In this document: positions 33,573 to 44,940 of the stretch, piece after piece
How the letters are laid out: the number at the start of each line of letters is the position of its first letter
Numbering within the stretch: the first letter of the stretch is position 1
From: an uncultured bacterium
Lineage (GTDB): Bacteria; Chlamydiota; Chlamydiia; Chlamydiales; VFKH01
Length of the DNA: 64,000 bases
Assembly (NCBI GenBank): GCA_964630595.1
Contig: CAZVVT010000001.1
Location: 248,575 to 312,574 of the forward strand
Reading direction: 5' to 3'
Notes under the pieces: generated by a model
What the model was told of the DNA's origin: nothing
What the model saw: the letters and a program-made list of their open reading frames with translations, nothing else
Database searches by the model: none
Program-made: the position numbers and the translations under genes

Positions 33573-34226
33573 TTAAAGATTTCGTAAAGCCTTTATAGCA
33601 CCCGCCATATCAGCGTGTCCGAACAGGTAAGTGCCTGATACTAAAAGGTTTGCGCCAGCATCCAAGGCGGCCTTTGCTGTTTTGTCGCTAATGCCCCCAT
33701 CTACTTGGATGTCGAGATCGAGATTCAGTTTGGTTGCCGTCTGGCGCACAAAGCGCACCTTCTCCAAGACCTCCGGAATAAAGGTCTGCCCCCCAAAACC
33801 TGGATGGACCGTCATCAAGAGGATCAGGTCGACTTTGTCCAGAAAGCGCAATGTAAGCGACTCAGCCGTTTCCGGGTTAAACGCCAGTCCTGCTCTACAG
33901 CCACAGCGGCGGATGAAAGCGATGGTGTCTTCGATGTCCTCGGTCGCCTCAAAATGGAAAGTGATCGAATTGGCCCCCGCTTCCACAAATTTCTCGACGT
34001 AGTCGAAGGGGTTGTACATCATGAGATGGACATCCAAAAAAAGATTACAGCTGCGCTTGACAGCGGCAACCGCTTTGGGCCCGAGCAGCAAATTGGGAAC
34101 AAAGTGGCCATCCATGATGTCAATATGCAGCGCATCAGCACCGGCGTCCTCTGCGCGCTTCGCCTCCTCTCCCAGGCGGGCAAAGTCGGCAGCGAAGAGA
34201 GAGGGCTCGATCATACGTTTCGTCAT
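33573..34226 (-). CDS. rpe: ribulose-phosphate 3-epimerase
   Basis: PSLFAADFARLGEE, HIDIMDGHFVPN, MTVHPGFGGQ.F and VDGGI motifs. Confidence 0.95.
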   Translation of the reverse strand: MTKRMIEPSLFAADFARLGEEAKRAEDAGADALHIDIMDGHFVPNLLLGPKAVAAVKRSCNLFLDVHLMMYNPFDYVEKFVEAGANSITFHFEATEDIEDTIAFIRRCGCRAGLAFNPETAESLTLRFLDKVDLILLMTVHPGFGGQTFIPEVLEKVRFVRQTATKLNLDLDIQVDGGISDKTAKAALDAGANLLVSGTYLFGHADMAGAIKALRNL

Positions 34227-34238
34227 AAGACCACTATT

Positions 34239-36167
34239 CTAACAGTTCGTAAGCAGTGTCGCAACACTTCCGCGGAACAATTCTTTCGCCTCTGCATCTC
34301 GGCCTCTGAGCATGAGCGCCAAATTATGAACGCCCTGCTGCTTTAAGAAGGCACAAGCCCAACTACCGGAGGGGAATTTCACCTCATTCAAATTTGATTT
34401 AATATAGCGAATCTTCTCCGCATCTTTTGATGACAGGATCAGACAGCTGCCCTCCTCATCCTCCATCTCTTTGATCTGCACTGTGCCATCAAAAGTGGCG
34501 CTATCCTCCATGGCGTCCAGAAAAAGATGGAACCAGCGCTTTAGCTCTTTAGGTTCCAGCAAACTGCGCATCACGTCGGGATAGACAGCGTAGAAAAAGT
34601 TCTCCAGCATCATCTCTTTCGAGGTGGACATCGGACCGAGGAGAACTTTGAGCGCATCATAGGCCTCAATCTGTTTCGAAAGCATGCCTCCGTTATAGTC
34701 GCGCACAGGGCCGACCACGCGTCCCAGTTCTTGCACAATGAATTGACGTGCGCGGTAGAGATCAATGGAGCGATCTTGACGCATGAAGGGCGCTTTCGGT
34801 GTCGTCAGATGAAAGACGTTGGCCTCTTTGCGGTAGCGCTTGCGCAGCATACCGGCCGGTTTTACCCGGTCTGCAACAAAGGTCGCTGCTCCCGGATTGG
34901 CAGCAAACATCTCCTCTAAAGACTTCTCCTCTTTATCACAGAGAAGGCGTAGCAAGATGATGGTAAAAGAGAGGTCATTACTGGTGTGTTCGTCAAAGCT
35001 GATGATCACTTGCGGAATATCGCGCACAAATTTGAGTTGATTTGACAGCGTCACAATATTGCGGATCAACTCCTCTTCATTACGCGGCATGAAGATGGGG
35101 TGAAGCAAGTGCTCTACTTGATCGACAACAAGGGGCTGCAGCAATTTACGGATCCTGCGCACATCGGTAACATTCAACGTGCTCTCTTTCTCTTTCACAA
35201 ACTCGATGTAAAAGAGTTTCACATCGGATCTGCCCGTAAAAATAGAGATCATCGAACCCTCAATGGGACGCGCCTCGGGCACTACAAGTTGCACGGCGCG
35301 AATGAGGTGGGACTGCTCAAAAACTTCGTGTGGATCAATCAAATTCAAGCCGCACAACACCGCCGTCACTGTCTGCTGCTTATCGCCTCGCTTGAGCTGA
35401 CTGCGCATGGTTTTGATCACACAATGGCGCTTTCCCTCTTGCTTGGAGAGCTTTTCGCCGATCCACTTTTTGAAGAGGTAGGCAAGGCAAATGATGCGCG
35501 ACAAGGTATGAAAAGAGCGACTGGTGCGGAAGGTATCGCTGGTGGTGATCAGCAGCTGCTGCATTTCGGAGATCAGCTCACCATCAAAGCGTTTGCTTCC
35601 GCGGCGCACCAAAGAGGTGATGCTGTCTTGCAGCATTACTGTCTTGTCATCAATGGCCAGCCCCTTCGTCTCTAATATGCGAATGGCGTGATACGTTGAG
35701 GCCAGGCCAATGCGGATTTGGCTACTCAAGAAGGGTTTGCGCTTCAGAATCGACTGCAGATCGGCAGGGCTATCGACGCGCACGACCAACTCTGCGGCCG
35801 TAAGAACCTCGTCGAAAAATCCCGAAAATTGAAAGTCAGTGGCAAAAAACAGTTCACACAGCAGCTTTTTCCCAGGGACAACAAACCGCGTGACCAGTTC
35901 GAAGAAGAATTTAAAGGCATCTTGACGCGAGTAGCTGATCAGAAAGAAGGAGAGAGCGTTGGGAATAGCGGCATGCTGGCGACAATCAAAGGCGGGCAGC
36001 AACATCTTGAATGCCGCTCCAATGCCCTCTTTGTCTGTAGACTGCTGGAGTCCTTGAGGGACAGCCGCACGAACAACCTCTTTGATGGCGGCTAAATAAT
36101 GTCTGGAAGCGGGATTGTGCAATCCCTGGTCAGCCAATACAGAAATGGATTCAATAAGTGCGCTCAT
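34239..36167 (-). CDS. conserved hypothetical protein (642 aa), no recognisable domain
   Basis: A long uninterrupted ORF with native codon usage. ATGA overlap with the upstream aspartokinase-like gene, and 12 nt upstream of rpe. Confidence 0.6.
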   Translation of the reverse strand: MSALIESISVLADQGLHNPASRHYLAAIKEVVRAAVPQGLQQSTDKEGIGAAFKMLLPAFDCRQHAAIPNALSFFLISYSRQDAFKFFFELVTRFVVPGKKLLCELFFATDFQFSGFFDEVLTAAELVVRVDSPADLQSILKRKPFLSSQIRIGLASTYHAIRILETKGLAIDDKTVMLQDSITSLVRRGSKRFDGELISEMQQLLITTSDTFRTSRSFHTLSRIICLAYLFKKWIGEKLSKQEGKRHCVIKTMRSQLKRGDKQQTVTAVLCGLNLIDPHEVFEQSHLIRAVQLVVPEARPIEGSMISIFTGRSDVKLFYIEFVKEKESTLNVTDVRRIRKLLQPLVVDQVEHLLHPIFMPRNEEELIRNIVTLSNQLKFVRDIPQVIISFDEHTSNDLSFTIILLRLLCDKEEKSLEEMFAANPGAATFVADRVKPAGMLRKRYRKEANVFHLTTPKAPFMRQDRSIDLYRARQFIVQELGRVVGPVRDYNGGMLSKQIEAYDALKVLLGPMSTSKEMMLENFFYAVYPDVMRSLLEPKELKRWFHLFLDAMEDSATFDGTVQIKEMEDEEGSCLILSSKDAEKIRYIKSNLNEVKFPSGSWACAFLKQQGVHNLALMLRGRDAEAKELFRGSVATLLTNC

Positions 36168-36952
36168 AGTTCTTCAAACAAGGGTTGTGGACAGCGATTG
36201 CTTCCCTGACCAATCACCGTACCCGCTGTGGGCGGGTCTGCCAAAGCATGGTGAAAACAGAGAACATGTAGAGGCAAGCCATTGCGCCCAGCAAGATGAA
36301 GGCAGCGCGGGTGAAGAACGTGGTGTTTGCTGCGCTCCATGACAGCAACTGCCTCTTCAAAGCTCATATGAGGGATGAGCTGCGCCTCTGGATTGGTTTT
36401 GGGATCTGTGTTGTAGATTCCCGGTACATCTTTAAAAAATTCGACCCTTTCAGCACCCAGCGCAATCGCTAAAGCGACAGCCGTGGTATCAGAGCCTCCG
36501 CGACCCAGCGTAGTGATCTCTCTACACTGGCGGCTCATTCCTTGAAACCCGGCGACCACCACAACGGCTCCACGGGCTAAATGGGTGAGAATACGTTCGG
36601 GGCGCACCTCTAAAACGCGCGCTTCTCCGGGGCGCTCGCAGGTGATGATCCCCGACTGGCTTCCGGTAAATGAAATCGCGGCCAAACCGATCTTGTCGAG
36701 TGCCATGGCAAGCAGAGCGCAGCTCATGCGCTCTCCTGCCGAAATTAGCATATCGAGCTCTCTCTTCGGAGGAGTCTGGTTCACTTGATGAGCTAACGCA
36801 ACCAACTCATCAGTGGTGTCTCCCATCGCGCTCACCACGGCGACGACTCGATCGTATTGAATCCTTCGGCGAGCAATGATTTGTGCAATGAGCCCAAAGT
36901 GCTGTGCAGTGGCTACTGCAGCCCCACCAAACTTTACGACGAGGGTCTTCAT
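36164..36952 (-). CDS. aspartate kinase catalytic domain protein (amino acid kinase family) without ACT domains
   Basis: VVKFGGAAV, VVAVVSAMGDTTDEL, ELDMLISAGERMS, VVVVAGFQG, TTLGRGGSDTTAVALA, DVPGIYNTDP. Only 262 aa, with no ACT regulatory repeats. Confidence 0.7.
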   Translation of the reverse strand: MKTLVVKFGGAAVATAQHFGLIAQIIARRRIQYDRVVAVVSAMGDTTDELVALAHQVNQTPPKRELDMLISAGERMSCALLAMALDKIGLAAISFTGSQSGIITCERPGEARVLEVRPERILTHLARGAVVVVAGFQGMSRQCREITTLGRGGSDTTAVALAIALGAERVEFFKDVPGIYNTDPKTNPEAQLIPHMSFEEAVAVMERSKHHVLHPRCLHLAGRNGLPLHVLCFHHALADPPTAGTVIGQGSNRCPQPLFEEL

Positions 36953-36992
36953 ATGGTAAACTTTTCGTTAAAGACGACCACCATACATCAAG

Positions 36993-37373
36993 ATGCACCT
37001 AATCGAAAAGCACTTTACCTTTGACGCTGGTCACCAGCTCATGCACCACGATGGAGTTTGTGCCCGTCCGCATGGTCATACGTACCATTTGGTTGTCAAA
37101 ATTCGTTTTGAACATTTGCAGACCAGCGGTCCGAAAAAAAATATGGGCATCGACTTTAAGGACATCAGCAGCGTGATGAAGCCGCTACTGACAGACTATC
37201 TCGACCACCACTGGCTCAATGACACTCTGCAAACCGACTCCCCCACAGCAGAGTGGATTGCTCAATGGATATATGAAAAGATTCAGCCGCAGCTGCCGGG
37301 GCTGGAGTCGGTGACCCTGTTTGAGACCCCTACTTCCGGGGTAACATATTATGTTGCTCCGCGCGCAGGATGA
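36993..37373 (+). CDS. queD: 6-carboxytetrahydropterin / 6-pyruvoyl-tetrahydropterin synthase family protein
   Basis: FTFDAGHQL...C.RPHGHTYHLVV zinc-ligand pattern. 126 aa. Confidence 0.8.
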   Translation: MHLIEKHFTFDAGHQLMHHDGVCARPHGHTYHLVVKIRFEHLQTSGPKKNMGIDFKDISSVMKPLLTDYLDHHWLNDTLQTDSPTAEWIAQWIYEKIQPQLPGLESVTLFETPTSGVTYYVAPRAG

Positions 37374-37872
37374 TGGACGACTCGTCCAGATCGACGCGCT
37401 GAAATAAGGCCCCCTGCTGCTTCATTTTGGTCACCAACCAGTCAGGGTCATGCCATTCAATGAGACTGCCGGCTTCCGGATCATTGGGGTCGCGGGCCGC
37501 AGGGTTTATGCTCTTGACGCGGCAGGCGTAGTAAAGAGTGGTTTTTTCAAAGGTCAGGTCCATGTCCCACACCTTTCCTTTGAGCGAGCCGAGAAAAGCC
37601 AGCGGTTCGGCCGTGGCCCCAAACTCCTCTTTGAGCCCCCTCCTAAGGGTATCCAAAGGGGTCTCCCCCGCCTCCATCGTCTCCCTCATCAGGATATAGA
37701 TATCCCTGAAGGGGCCTATGGTGGGGAAGTGGTGGCAGGCTATTTGCCCCTTTTCGTTGATCAGGACAGCTCCCACAGAAAGATGGTAGGGCTGCTCCTT
37801 ACTGGCCCGAAAGAAATGGGGCTCGGCACATAACCCAGAGGCAAAAATAAGGAATAGGAGAACCTTCAGCAC
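37330..37872 (-). CDS. NUDIX-like hydrolase with signal peptide
   Basis: METMEAGETPLDTLRRGLKEEFGA is a degenerate Nudix box. N-terminal MLKVLLFLIFASGLCA. Its 3' end overlaps queD by 44 nt. Confidence 0.55.
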   Translation of the reverse strand: MLKVLLFLIFASGLCAEPHFFRASKEQPYHLSVGAVLINEKGQIACHHFPTIGPFRDIYILMRETMEAGETPLDTLRRGLKEEFGATAEPLAFLGSLKGKVWDMDLTFEKTTLYYACRVKSINPAARDPNDPEAGSLIEWHDPDWLVTKMKQQGALFQRVDLDESSIILRAEQHNMLPRK

Positions 37873-37960
37873 AAGGGGTCATTTTGTCAGAGATTGCCTT
37901 TTAACGGTCATCTTTGCTACTCTCTTGCATTGCCTTTAGGCATAAGGAGAAACCATTTAC

Positions 37961-39652
37961 ATGTCAAAAACCGCTGGGCGCGCTTGGGATACCGAAAACC
38001 TACTCGACGATATCCCCTTCGATCAGAACGATAGAAGCGTCTTTCAATCTTTACTGAGCAGCAACGATACGGCCGCGAAAAAGTCTTCGCCCGCCGGTCA
38101 GATGCTGCGTGGCCGCATCGTAGAACTGACGAAAGATTTCGCCGTCGTAGATGTGGGTCTCAAATCCGAAGGCCTAGTGCCCATTTCTGAATTTTCTGAC
38201 AACAGCGACCTCTTCTTGGGCAACGAAATCGAGGTCTATCTCGAGCAGCATGAAGACCACGCCGGCCAAATCGTCCTCTCTCGCGAGAAGGCGGAGCGCC
38301 AGCGCCAGTGGGAAAACATCATCGAGAACTGCGAAGAGGGCTCGATTGTTACAGGAAAGATCATCCGCAAAGTCAAGGGTGGTTTGATGGTTGATATCGG
38401 CATGGAAGCCTTCCTGCCCGGTTCCCAAATTGACAACAAGCGCATCAAGAATTTGGATGAGTTTATTGGCAAAACCTACGATTTCAAAATTCTCAAAATC
38501 AACATCGATCGCAAAAACGTTGTGGTCTCCCGCCGTGAACTTCTCGAAGCCGAGCGCATCTCGAAGAAGACGGAACTGCTCGAGATGATCCGTGAAGGCG
38601 ACATCCGCATCGGTACGGTGAAAAACATCACCGACTTCGGCGTCTTCCTCGACTTGGACGGCATCGATGGCCTGCTCCATATCACCGATATGACATGGAA
38701 GCGTATCAAACACCCCTCTGAGATGATCTCTTTGGGCCAAGAATTGGAAGTGATGATCCTCAGCATCGACCGCGAAAAAGGCCGTGTTGCCTTGGGTCTC
38801 AAGCAGAAAGAGGGCAATCCTTGGGAAGATGTGGAGCGTAGATTCCCCATCGGCACCCGCGTGCGCGGTAAAGTCGTGAGTTTGGTGCCCTATGGCGCCT
38901 TCATGGAGATCGAACCGGGCATCGAGGGATTGATTCACGTCTCCGAAATGTCCTGGGTAAAACCTGTGACCGATCCTGCAGAAGTGCTCTCCAAAGGCCA
39001 AGAAGTAGAGGCTATTGTTCTCTCCATTCAGAAAGATGAGGGCAAAATCTCTCTCGGTCTGAAGCAGGCAGAAAGCAATCCATGGGATGATGTAGAAGCC
39101 AAATATCCTCTCGGCACGACAGTCATGGTAGAGATCCGCAATCTCACCAACTACGGCGCCTTCGTTGAGCTGGAGCCAGGCGTTGATGGCCTGATCCATA
39201 TCTCTGACTTGAGCTGGATCAAAAAGGTTTCTCACCCTTCCGAGATTTTCAAGAAGGGCGACAAGGTAGAAGCGGAAGTTCTTTCCCTCGATAAAGAGTC
39301 AAAGAAGATCACGCTCGGTGTAAAACAGCTTTCTCCCAACCCTTGGAAGTCTCTTGAAAAAGGGATGCCCCTTGGTTCGATCGTAGAAGGCGTTGTCTCC
39401 AAGACAGCCGCTTACGGTGCCTTTGTTGAGCTCGACAACGGAATTGAGGGCTTGGTCCACGTTTCCGAAATTTCTGACAAACCCTTTGGTCGCATCGAAG
39501 ATGTGATTCAAAAAGGACAGAAAGTGCGCGCAAAAGTGGTCAAGATTGATCCTGAAAACAAGAAAGTATCGCTCTCGATCCGCGAAATGGATCAAGAAAG
39601 CGGCTCAACCAACAACGACGACATTGTCGTATCAGCTAAAGCAAAAAAGTAA
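37961..39652 (+). CDS. rpsA: 30S ribosomal protein S1
   Basis: Six S1 repeats (G..V.G.V......GAFV.L..G..GL.H.S). AAGGAG SD. Confidence 0.97.
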   Translation: MSKTAGRAWDTENLLDDIPFDQNDRSVFQSLLSSNDTAAKKSSPAGQMLRGRIVELTKDFAVVDVGLKSEGLVPISEFSDNSDLFLGNEIEVYLEQHEDHAGQIVLSREKAERQRQWENIIENCEEGSIVTGKIIRKVKGGLMVDIGMEAFLPGSQIDNKRIKNLDEFIGKTYDFKILKINIDRKNVVVSRRELLEAERISKKTELLEMIREGDIRIGTVKNITDFGVFLDLDGIDGLLHITDMTWKRIKHPSEMISLGQELEVMILSIDREKGRVALGLKQKEGNPWEDVERRFPIGTRVRGKVVSLVPYGAFMEIEPGIEGLIHVSEMSWVKPVTDPAEVLSKGQEVEAIVLSIQKDEGKISLGLKQAESNPWDDVEAKYPLGTTVMVEIRNLTNYGAFVELEPGVDGLIHISDLSWIKKVSHPSEIFKKGDKVEAEVLSLDKESKKITLGVKQLSPNPWKSLEKGMPLGSIVEGVVSKTAAYGAFVELDNGIEGLVHVSEISDKPFGRIEDVIQKGQKVRAKVVKIDPENKKVSLSIREMDQESGSTNNDDIVVSAKAKK

Positions 39653-39664
39653 CGCCAGACGGGC

Positions 39665-40945
39665 ATGAACAAAGATTTAGTCGCTATTTTTGAATACTTG
39701 GAACGCGAGAAGGGCATCAAACGTGATGTCGTAGTCGCGGCCATCCAAGATTCGCTGCTGGCAGCAGCAAAGAAGAGTCTGCAAGGCGTGGCAAACGTTT
39801 CGATCCAGATCAATCCCAAGACGGGAAGCATTGAAGTAACATCGGAACGCGAGATCGTCGATACGGTGAGTGATTCTGCTGAAGAGATTTCTCTAGAGCA
39901 GGCGCGCGCCCTCGACCCCGAATGCGAGATTGGGCAGGTCATCGACATCACGATCACCCCCAAAGATTTTGGCCGTATTGCTGCCCAAACGGCGCGGCAA
40001 ATCATCGGCCAAAAGTTGCGCGTGGCGGAAAAAGATGTGATCTACGAAGAGTACCGTCACCGCATTCACGAGATTGTCTCGGGAACAGTGAAGCGCTTCT
40101 TTAAAGGGATCAATTTGGTGGTTGATTTGGGGAAAGTAGAGGCCATTATGCCGGCCAAGCACTACCCTAAAACCGAACGCTACCAGATTGGAGACAAAAT
40201 CCGCGCCATTCTCCTCGAAGTGCAAGAGACCGATAACGGGGGCGCTGAAGTGATCCTTTCGCGCACCGATCCGGAGTTCGTGCGCCAGCTTTTCGCCCAG
40301 GAAGTCCCTGAGGTGCAAGAGGGCATCATCACGATCGAACGCATTGTGAGAGAACCTGGATACCGCACCAAAATTTTGGTGCGCTCAAGCGACCCCAAAG
40401 TCGATCCCGTTGGTGCTTGCGTAGGTGTACGTGGCAGCCGCGTGAAGAACATTGTGGCAGAATTGAACAATGAAAAAATCGACATCATCCCCTACTCGGA
40501 TGATCTCATCGAAGTGCTGCAAAATGCTCTTGCTCCTGTAGAGATCCGCAAAATTTCGGTGAATGAAGATGAAGAAAACCCCAGCGTATCGCTTGTTGTA
40601 GACGATGAGTCGTATGCTATCGTTTTAGGCAAACGAGGGCAAAACGTTCGCTTAAACGGGGAACTGATCGGCTATAATCTTGAAGTGCAGCGCATGAGCG
40701 ACTACATCAAAGCAATGGCGATCCACCAAGTCGAGCTCGCTTCTTCGGAAGATCCTGCTTTAGACGAGACATTGGACGACAGCTACGGCATCAACTCTCT
40801 TATTCTCCATCTTTTGGTAGAAGCAGGTCTTGATACCCCTCGCAAAGTCCTCACAACTGGCGTTGAGGGTCTTTCCCAGATCTCCGGCATCAGCTCTGAT
40901 TTGGCTTATACAATCATTGAGCATGTCAGCAACAAAAAAGCGTAA
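39665..40945 (+). CDS. nusA: transcription termination/antitermination factor NusA
   Basis: N-terminal domain, S1 and two KH domains ([18 protein letters not shown]). Confidence 0.95.
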   Translation: MNKDLVAIFEYLEREKGIKRDVVVAAIQDSLLAAAKKSLQGVANVSIQINPKTGSIEVTSEREIVDTVSDSAEEISLEQARALDPECEIGQVIDITITPKDFGRIAAQTARQIIGQKLRVAEKDVIYEEYRHRIHEIVSGTVKRFFKGINLVVDLGKVEAIMPAKHYPKTERYQIGDKIRAILLEVQETDNGGAEVILSRTDPEFVRQLFAQEVPEVQEGIITIERIVREPGYRTKILVRSSDPKVDPVGACVGVRGSRVKNIVAELNNEKIDIIPYSDDLIEVLQNALAPVEIRKISVNEDEENPSVSLVVDDESYAIVLGKRGQNVRLNGELIGYNLEVQRMSDYIKAMAIHQVELASSEDPALDETLDDSYGINSLILHLLVEAGLDTPRKVLTTGVEGLSQISGISSDLAYTIIEHVSNKKA

Positions 40946-40965
40946 AACTCCATTCAAAAGTACCC

Positions 40966-43683
40966 TTGGCTAAGAATCTGAAACTCAAGCTCAAAAACGC
41001 CCAATTGGCTGAAGCGCTCAATATCTCTTCCGTCAGACCCAAGAAGCCCACTCTTCGCCTGCCCAAAGAGGAGCTGCCTGCAGTTTCCCCGCCCACTGCG
41101 GAGGGTGAAGAAGCGCCTAAAAGAGTGCGCGCCCGAACCAAAAAGGCGGATGTTGTTGAAGAACAACCCGCGGCTACTCCCTCTGCTGAGATTGTAGAAG
41201 AAGCACCGGCAGCTGCCCCTCTTGAAGAACTCGCACCGCCACCAGAGCCTATTGCCGCAGCTCCCTTGCCGGAAATAGAGCCTGCTGCCCCCGAGTTGCA
41301 ACCAACTCCCGAGCCCAAATATGAGCCTGTAGTCGAGCTCGAAAGCGCTCCCGTTCAAGAGCCTCTTGCGGCACCACCACCACCCAAGCCGCGCTCTTCT
41401 CCACCTCCTGCACGCCAACCCTTTAGCAAGCGCGCCTTCCACACCCCTCTGCGCCCCTTGCGCGGTCCCGGTTCAACAACAGCTGCGAATCCTCTTGCGA
41501 ACCGCCCCACTTCCAATGGCGGCGCAGCATCTCGACTTGGACCTACAGGACGCCATGTCAACGATCTGCTCAAGCCCCGTCCAGCCCCCGCACCCTCCTC
41601 CTCCAGACCCGCCGGCAGCTCCAGCTCTCCACGTTCCGGTGCCGGCTCTCGCTTTCCCTCCTCTCGCGGCGGTGCTGCACCCGCAGCAGCTGCACCCAAC
41701 CCTTTTAAGCCCACCTTCAAACGCGAAGCGCGTCCTGGAGATGATAGCAGTGCACGCAAAGCCCCGAAATTTCAAGATGTAAAGCCACTCAAGCGCGCGA
41801 AGGGTTTTGATGGACGTGACCGCCAAGGACTCACCGCCGGCGATGATGAACGATGGCTGAAAAAACGCAATCGCCAACAGAATCAGGCAAACGAGTTTGC
41901 CGCTTCCAGGCCCACAGCCATCACCGTCCGTCTCCCCATCAGCATCAAAGACCTTGCCCAAGAGATGAAGCTCAAAGCTTCTCAACTCATTGCCAAGCTC
42001 TTCATGCAGGGCATCGTTGTCACACTCAACGACCTTCTCGATGATGAGACAACAGTACAACTCATGGGACATGAGTTTGGCTGTCAAATTACCATCGACA
42101 CGACAGAAGAGCAGAAGGTACGCGTAACGAGCCAGTCCATCCAAGAAGAGATTGTCGCTGCTGACCCCTCAAGCCTTGTACTGCGTCCTCCTGTGATCAC
42201 CTTCATGGGTCACGTCGACCACGGCAAAACATCACTCATCGATGCCATCCGCAAAAGCGATCGCGTCTCGGGTGAAGCAGGTGCCATTACGCAGCACATC
42301 GGTGCTTTTTCTGTCACCACAGCGGCCGGCAAAATCACTGTTCTCGATACACCTGGTCACGAAGCCTTTTCCGCAATGCGTGAGCGTGGCGCAGAAGTCA
42401 CCGACATCGTCGTGCTCGTCATCGCCGGCGATGAGGGCATGCGTCCTCAGACGATCGAGGCACTCAACCAAGCCAAAGCCGCCGGCGTGACTATCGTCTG
42501 CGCACTGAACAAGTGCGACAAGCCGGGCTATAACCCCGAACAGGTCTACCAGCAGATGGCCCAACACGAACTCGTCCCCGAAGATTGGGGCGGTTCTACG
42601 ATCTGCGTGCGCTGTTCTGCGTTGACCGGCGAGGGTATCCAAAGTCTTCTCGAAATGTTGGCTCTCCAAGCAGAAGTGCTTGAGCTGCACGCCAGCACAG
42701 CCAGCAGAGCACGCGGTACTGTACTCGAGTCCCATATGCACAAAGGGCTGGGGATGTGCGCTACCGTTCTTATTCAGAATGGAACGCTCAGGCCAGGCGA
42801 TGCGATTGTCTTCGGTCAACATTGGGGCCGCGTCAAGAACATGCAAGATGAGCATGGCAGCGTCCTTAAAGAAGCCGGCCCCTCCTGTCCGGCTCTTATC
42901 ACCGGTCTTTCCGGCCTTCCCATCGCAGGCGATGAGTTTGTTGTCGTGAAGAACGAGAAAGAGGCGAAAGAGATTGCCGAAGTGCGCCAAGAAACAGCCC
43001 GCACTCGCGTTCTCCAACAGAAAAAACGCCTCTCGCTTGAAAAGCTCGCTGAAAAAGCCACTTCGACGAAGAAAGACGCCCGCTTTGTTCTCAAAGCAGA
43101 CGTACAGGGCTCTTTGGAGGCACTGCGCTCTACTCTGGAATCGATCGACTCCGAAAAAGTGGATATTCACATCATCGGTGCAGGTGTAGGCGAAATCACC
43201 GAATCCGATGTACAGCTCGCCTCCGCTTCCAGCGCCATCATCATCGGCTTCCATACAAAAATGGAGAGCCATGTCGAATCGATGGCAAAAGCGCTCGGCG
43301 TTAAAGTACATCGATTTGATGTGATTTTCCACGCCGTCGACGAAGTAAAGAAGATCTTGATCGATCTTTTGGACAAGGTGGTGAAAGAAAACGAGATGGG
43401 CGCTGCAGAAGTACGCGCTGTCTTCAAATCTTCGCATCTGGGTCTCATCGCAGGCTGCTCTGTCACCGAAGGGGTCATCACACGCTCCGCCAAAGCACGC
43501 GTTGTACGCGGCGGCGAAGTCATCTGGAAGGGTCCTATCGCCTCGCTCAAGCGCGTCAAAGACGATGTGCGCGAAGTGAAAAAGGGCGTGGAGTGCGGTA
43601 TCGTTCTCCAAGGCTTCAGCGATGTGCAGATCGGCGACATCATCCAAGCCTATGATGTTGAATACCTCACACAGGAACTGTAA
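40966..43683 (+). CDS. infB: translation initiation factor IF-2
   Basis: TTG start. Pro/Ala-rich N-terminal region. G domain [22 protein letters not shown]. 905 aa. Confidence 0.97.
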   Translation: MAKNLKLKLKNAQLAEALNISSVRPKKPTLRLPKEELPAVSPPTAEGEEAPKRVRARTKKADVVEEQPAATPSAEIVEEAPAAAPLEELAPPPEPIAAAPLPEIEPAAPELQPTPEPKYEPVVELESAPVQEPLAAPPPPKPRSSPPPARQPFSKRAFHTPLRPLRGPGSTTAANPLANRPTSNGGAASRLGPTGRHVNDLLKPRPAPAPSSSRPAGSSSSPRSGAGSRFPSSRGGAAPAAAAPNPFKPTFKREARPGDDSSARKAPKFQDVKPLKRAKGFDGRDRQGLTAGDDERWLKKRNRQQNQANEFAASRPTAITVRLPISIKDLAQEMKLKASQLIAKLFMQGIVVTLNDLLDDETTVQLMGHEFGCQITIDTTEEQKVRVTSQSIQEEIVAADPSSLVLRPPVITFMGHVDHGKTSLIDAIRKSDRVSGEAGAITQHIGAFSVTTAAGKITVLDTPGHEAFSAMRERGAEVTDIVVLVIAGDEGMRPQTIEALNQAKAAGVTIVCALNKCDKPGYNPEQVYQQMAQHELVPEDWGGSTICVRCSALTGEGIQSLLEMLALQAEVLELHASTASRARGTVLESHMHKGLGMCATVLIQNGTLRPGDAIVFGQHWGRVKNMQDEHGSVLKEAGPSCPALITGLSGLPIAGDEFVVVKNEKEAKEIAEVRQETARTRVLQQKKRLSLEKLAEKATSTKKDARFVLKADVQGSLEALRSTLESIDSEKVDIHIIGAGVGEITESDVQLASASSAIIIGFHTKMESHVESMAKALGVKVHRFDVIFHAVDEVKKILIDLLDKVVKENEMGAAEVRAVFKSSHLGLIAGCSVTEGVITRSAKARVVRGGEVIWKGPIASLKRVKDDVREVKKGVECGIVLQGFSDVQIGDIIQAYDVEYLTQEL

Positions 43684-44054
43684 TGTCGAGACGCACCGAG
43701 CGCCTCAATTCGCTCTTGAAAGAGGTCATTTCTGAAGTGATTCAACGAGATGTGCGCCACCCCGGCGTGCATCCCCTCACTTCGATCACACGCGTAGAAA
43801 TCGCCTCCGACCTGTCGGAAGCAAAGGTCCATATTAGCATTTTGGGCACGACGGCCGAAAAAGCCACAACAGTTGAATCTCTCAACCGCTCCCACGGCTT
43901 TATTCAAGTCGCCGCCTCCAAAAAGATGGTCATTCGCCATTTCCCCGTTTTACGCTTCTTTCTCGATGAAACCGTAGAGACGCAGATCCGCATGCACGAG
44001 ATCATGCATGGTATCCAAAAAGAGCGAGATGCACGGGATCCTTCTAGTTCATAA
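43683..44054 (+). CDS. rbfA: ribosome-binding factor A
   Basis: RTERLNSLLKEVISEVI...ITRVEIASDLSEAKVHIS. TAATG overlap with infB. Confidence 0.9.
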   Translation: MSRRTERLNSLLKEVISEVIQRDVRHPGVHPLTSITRVEIASDLSEAKVHISILGTTAEKATTVESLNRSHGFIQVAASKKMVIRHFPVLRFFLDETVETQIRMHEIMHGIQKERDARDPSSS

Positions 44055-44736
44055 GCCCGAAGGGCCCACCTCTTTCGACGTCGTCGCCAAGGTACGCAAA
44101 CACTTCCGCGAGCGCTGCGTAGGCCATGCCGGCACCCTCGACCCCTTCGCCACCGGCCTTTTAGTCATCCTCATCGGCCGCTCTGCCACCAAACTCTCTG
44201 ACTGCTTCCTCAATCACGACAAGGACTACGAAGCCACTATTCGACTCGGCTCCGCCACCGACAGCTACGACAAGACAGGCCAGGTGACCCACACCAGCCC
44301 CCTCATCCCCACCCTCGAGCACATTCAGGCCGCCCTCCCTCAAGGAACGATCGAGCAGACCCCCCCGATGTTTTCGGCCAAAAAGGTCAACGGCCAGCGC
44401 CTTTATACCCTGGCCCGAGCCGGCAAAGAGATCGAACGCAAAAGCTGCCGCGTCACCGTTCTCGTGCGCATTCTCTCCTACGAATACCCCCATCTAAAAG
44501 TTGCAATCTCTTGTAGCAAAGGAACTTACGTTCGCTCCATCGCCCACGACTTAGGGCTTACTTTAGGCTGCTACGCCCATTTAGAGGCGCTGCAGCGCAC
44601 CCGATCCGGCCCCTTTTCCCTCACTGCCGCGATAGATGGGCAACCCCTTTTCAACGAGGGGGTTACGGTAGAAGATTTTTCATTGGAAAAGATCGGGGGC
44701 TGGGATATGCTGGTATGCAAAGGAAACCCTGGTTGA
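44029..44736 (+). CDS. truB: tRNA pseudouridine-55 synthase
   Basis: GILLVHKPEGPTSFD, GHAGTLDPFATGLL catalytic Asp motif. The start is chosen at Met8. Confidence 0.92.
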   Translation: MHGILLVHKPEGPTSFDVVAKVRKHFRERCVGHAGTLDPFATGLLVILIGRSATKLSDCFLNHDKDYEATIRLGSATDSYDKTGQVTHTSPLIPTLEHIQAALPQGTIEQTPPMFSAKKVNGQRLYTLARAGKEIERKSCRVTVLVRILSYEYPHLKVAISCSKGTYVRSIAHDLGLTLGCYAHLEALQRTRSGPFSLTAAIDGQPLFNEGVTVEDFSLEKIGGWDMLVCKGNPG

Positions 44737-44940
44737 GGGACCTCCCCTTAACGAGAGTTAGTTTTCGAAACTCCAAGCCCCGTGTACCAAGAAACTATAA
44801 TGTTTCATTGCGTAGCATGTTATGAACGAAAGACACCACTCCCATCCAGCTCCTAAAAGAGCTGTTCAGTACTCCGGCAATCGATCTCTGCTTCCTGCTG
44901 TATCTTTATCGTTCGTGGCTTCAAGTCATGGATACCCCCA

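Noticed and set aside
40926-41782. Multiple ORFs on both strands in the first 800 nt of infB (for example 40954-41442 and 41355-41759 on the minus strand, 41366-41782 on the plus strand).
   Set aside because: The region encodes the Pro/Ala/Glu-rich low-complexity N-terminus of IF-2. Its repetitive GC-rich codons keep other frames open, and none of these ORFs has independent signals.
42232-43647. A 471-aa ORF antisense to infB. Similar long antisense or out-of-frame ORFs occur at 38174-39235 (vs rpsA), 46484-47371 (vs plsB), 54890-55771 (vs proS), 2980-3786 (vs tyrP), 11301-11879 (vs the DAACS transporter), 12513-13031 (vs GT17) and 49972-50646 (out of frame in the MFS gene).
   Set aside because: Each lies opposite to, or out of frame with, a gene carrying unmistakable family motifs. 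Their translations are low-complexity (Asp/Gly/Arg/Ala-rich) with no motifs. Long shadow ORFs are expected in GC-rich, C3-biased coding sequence.
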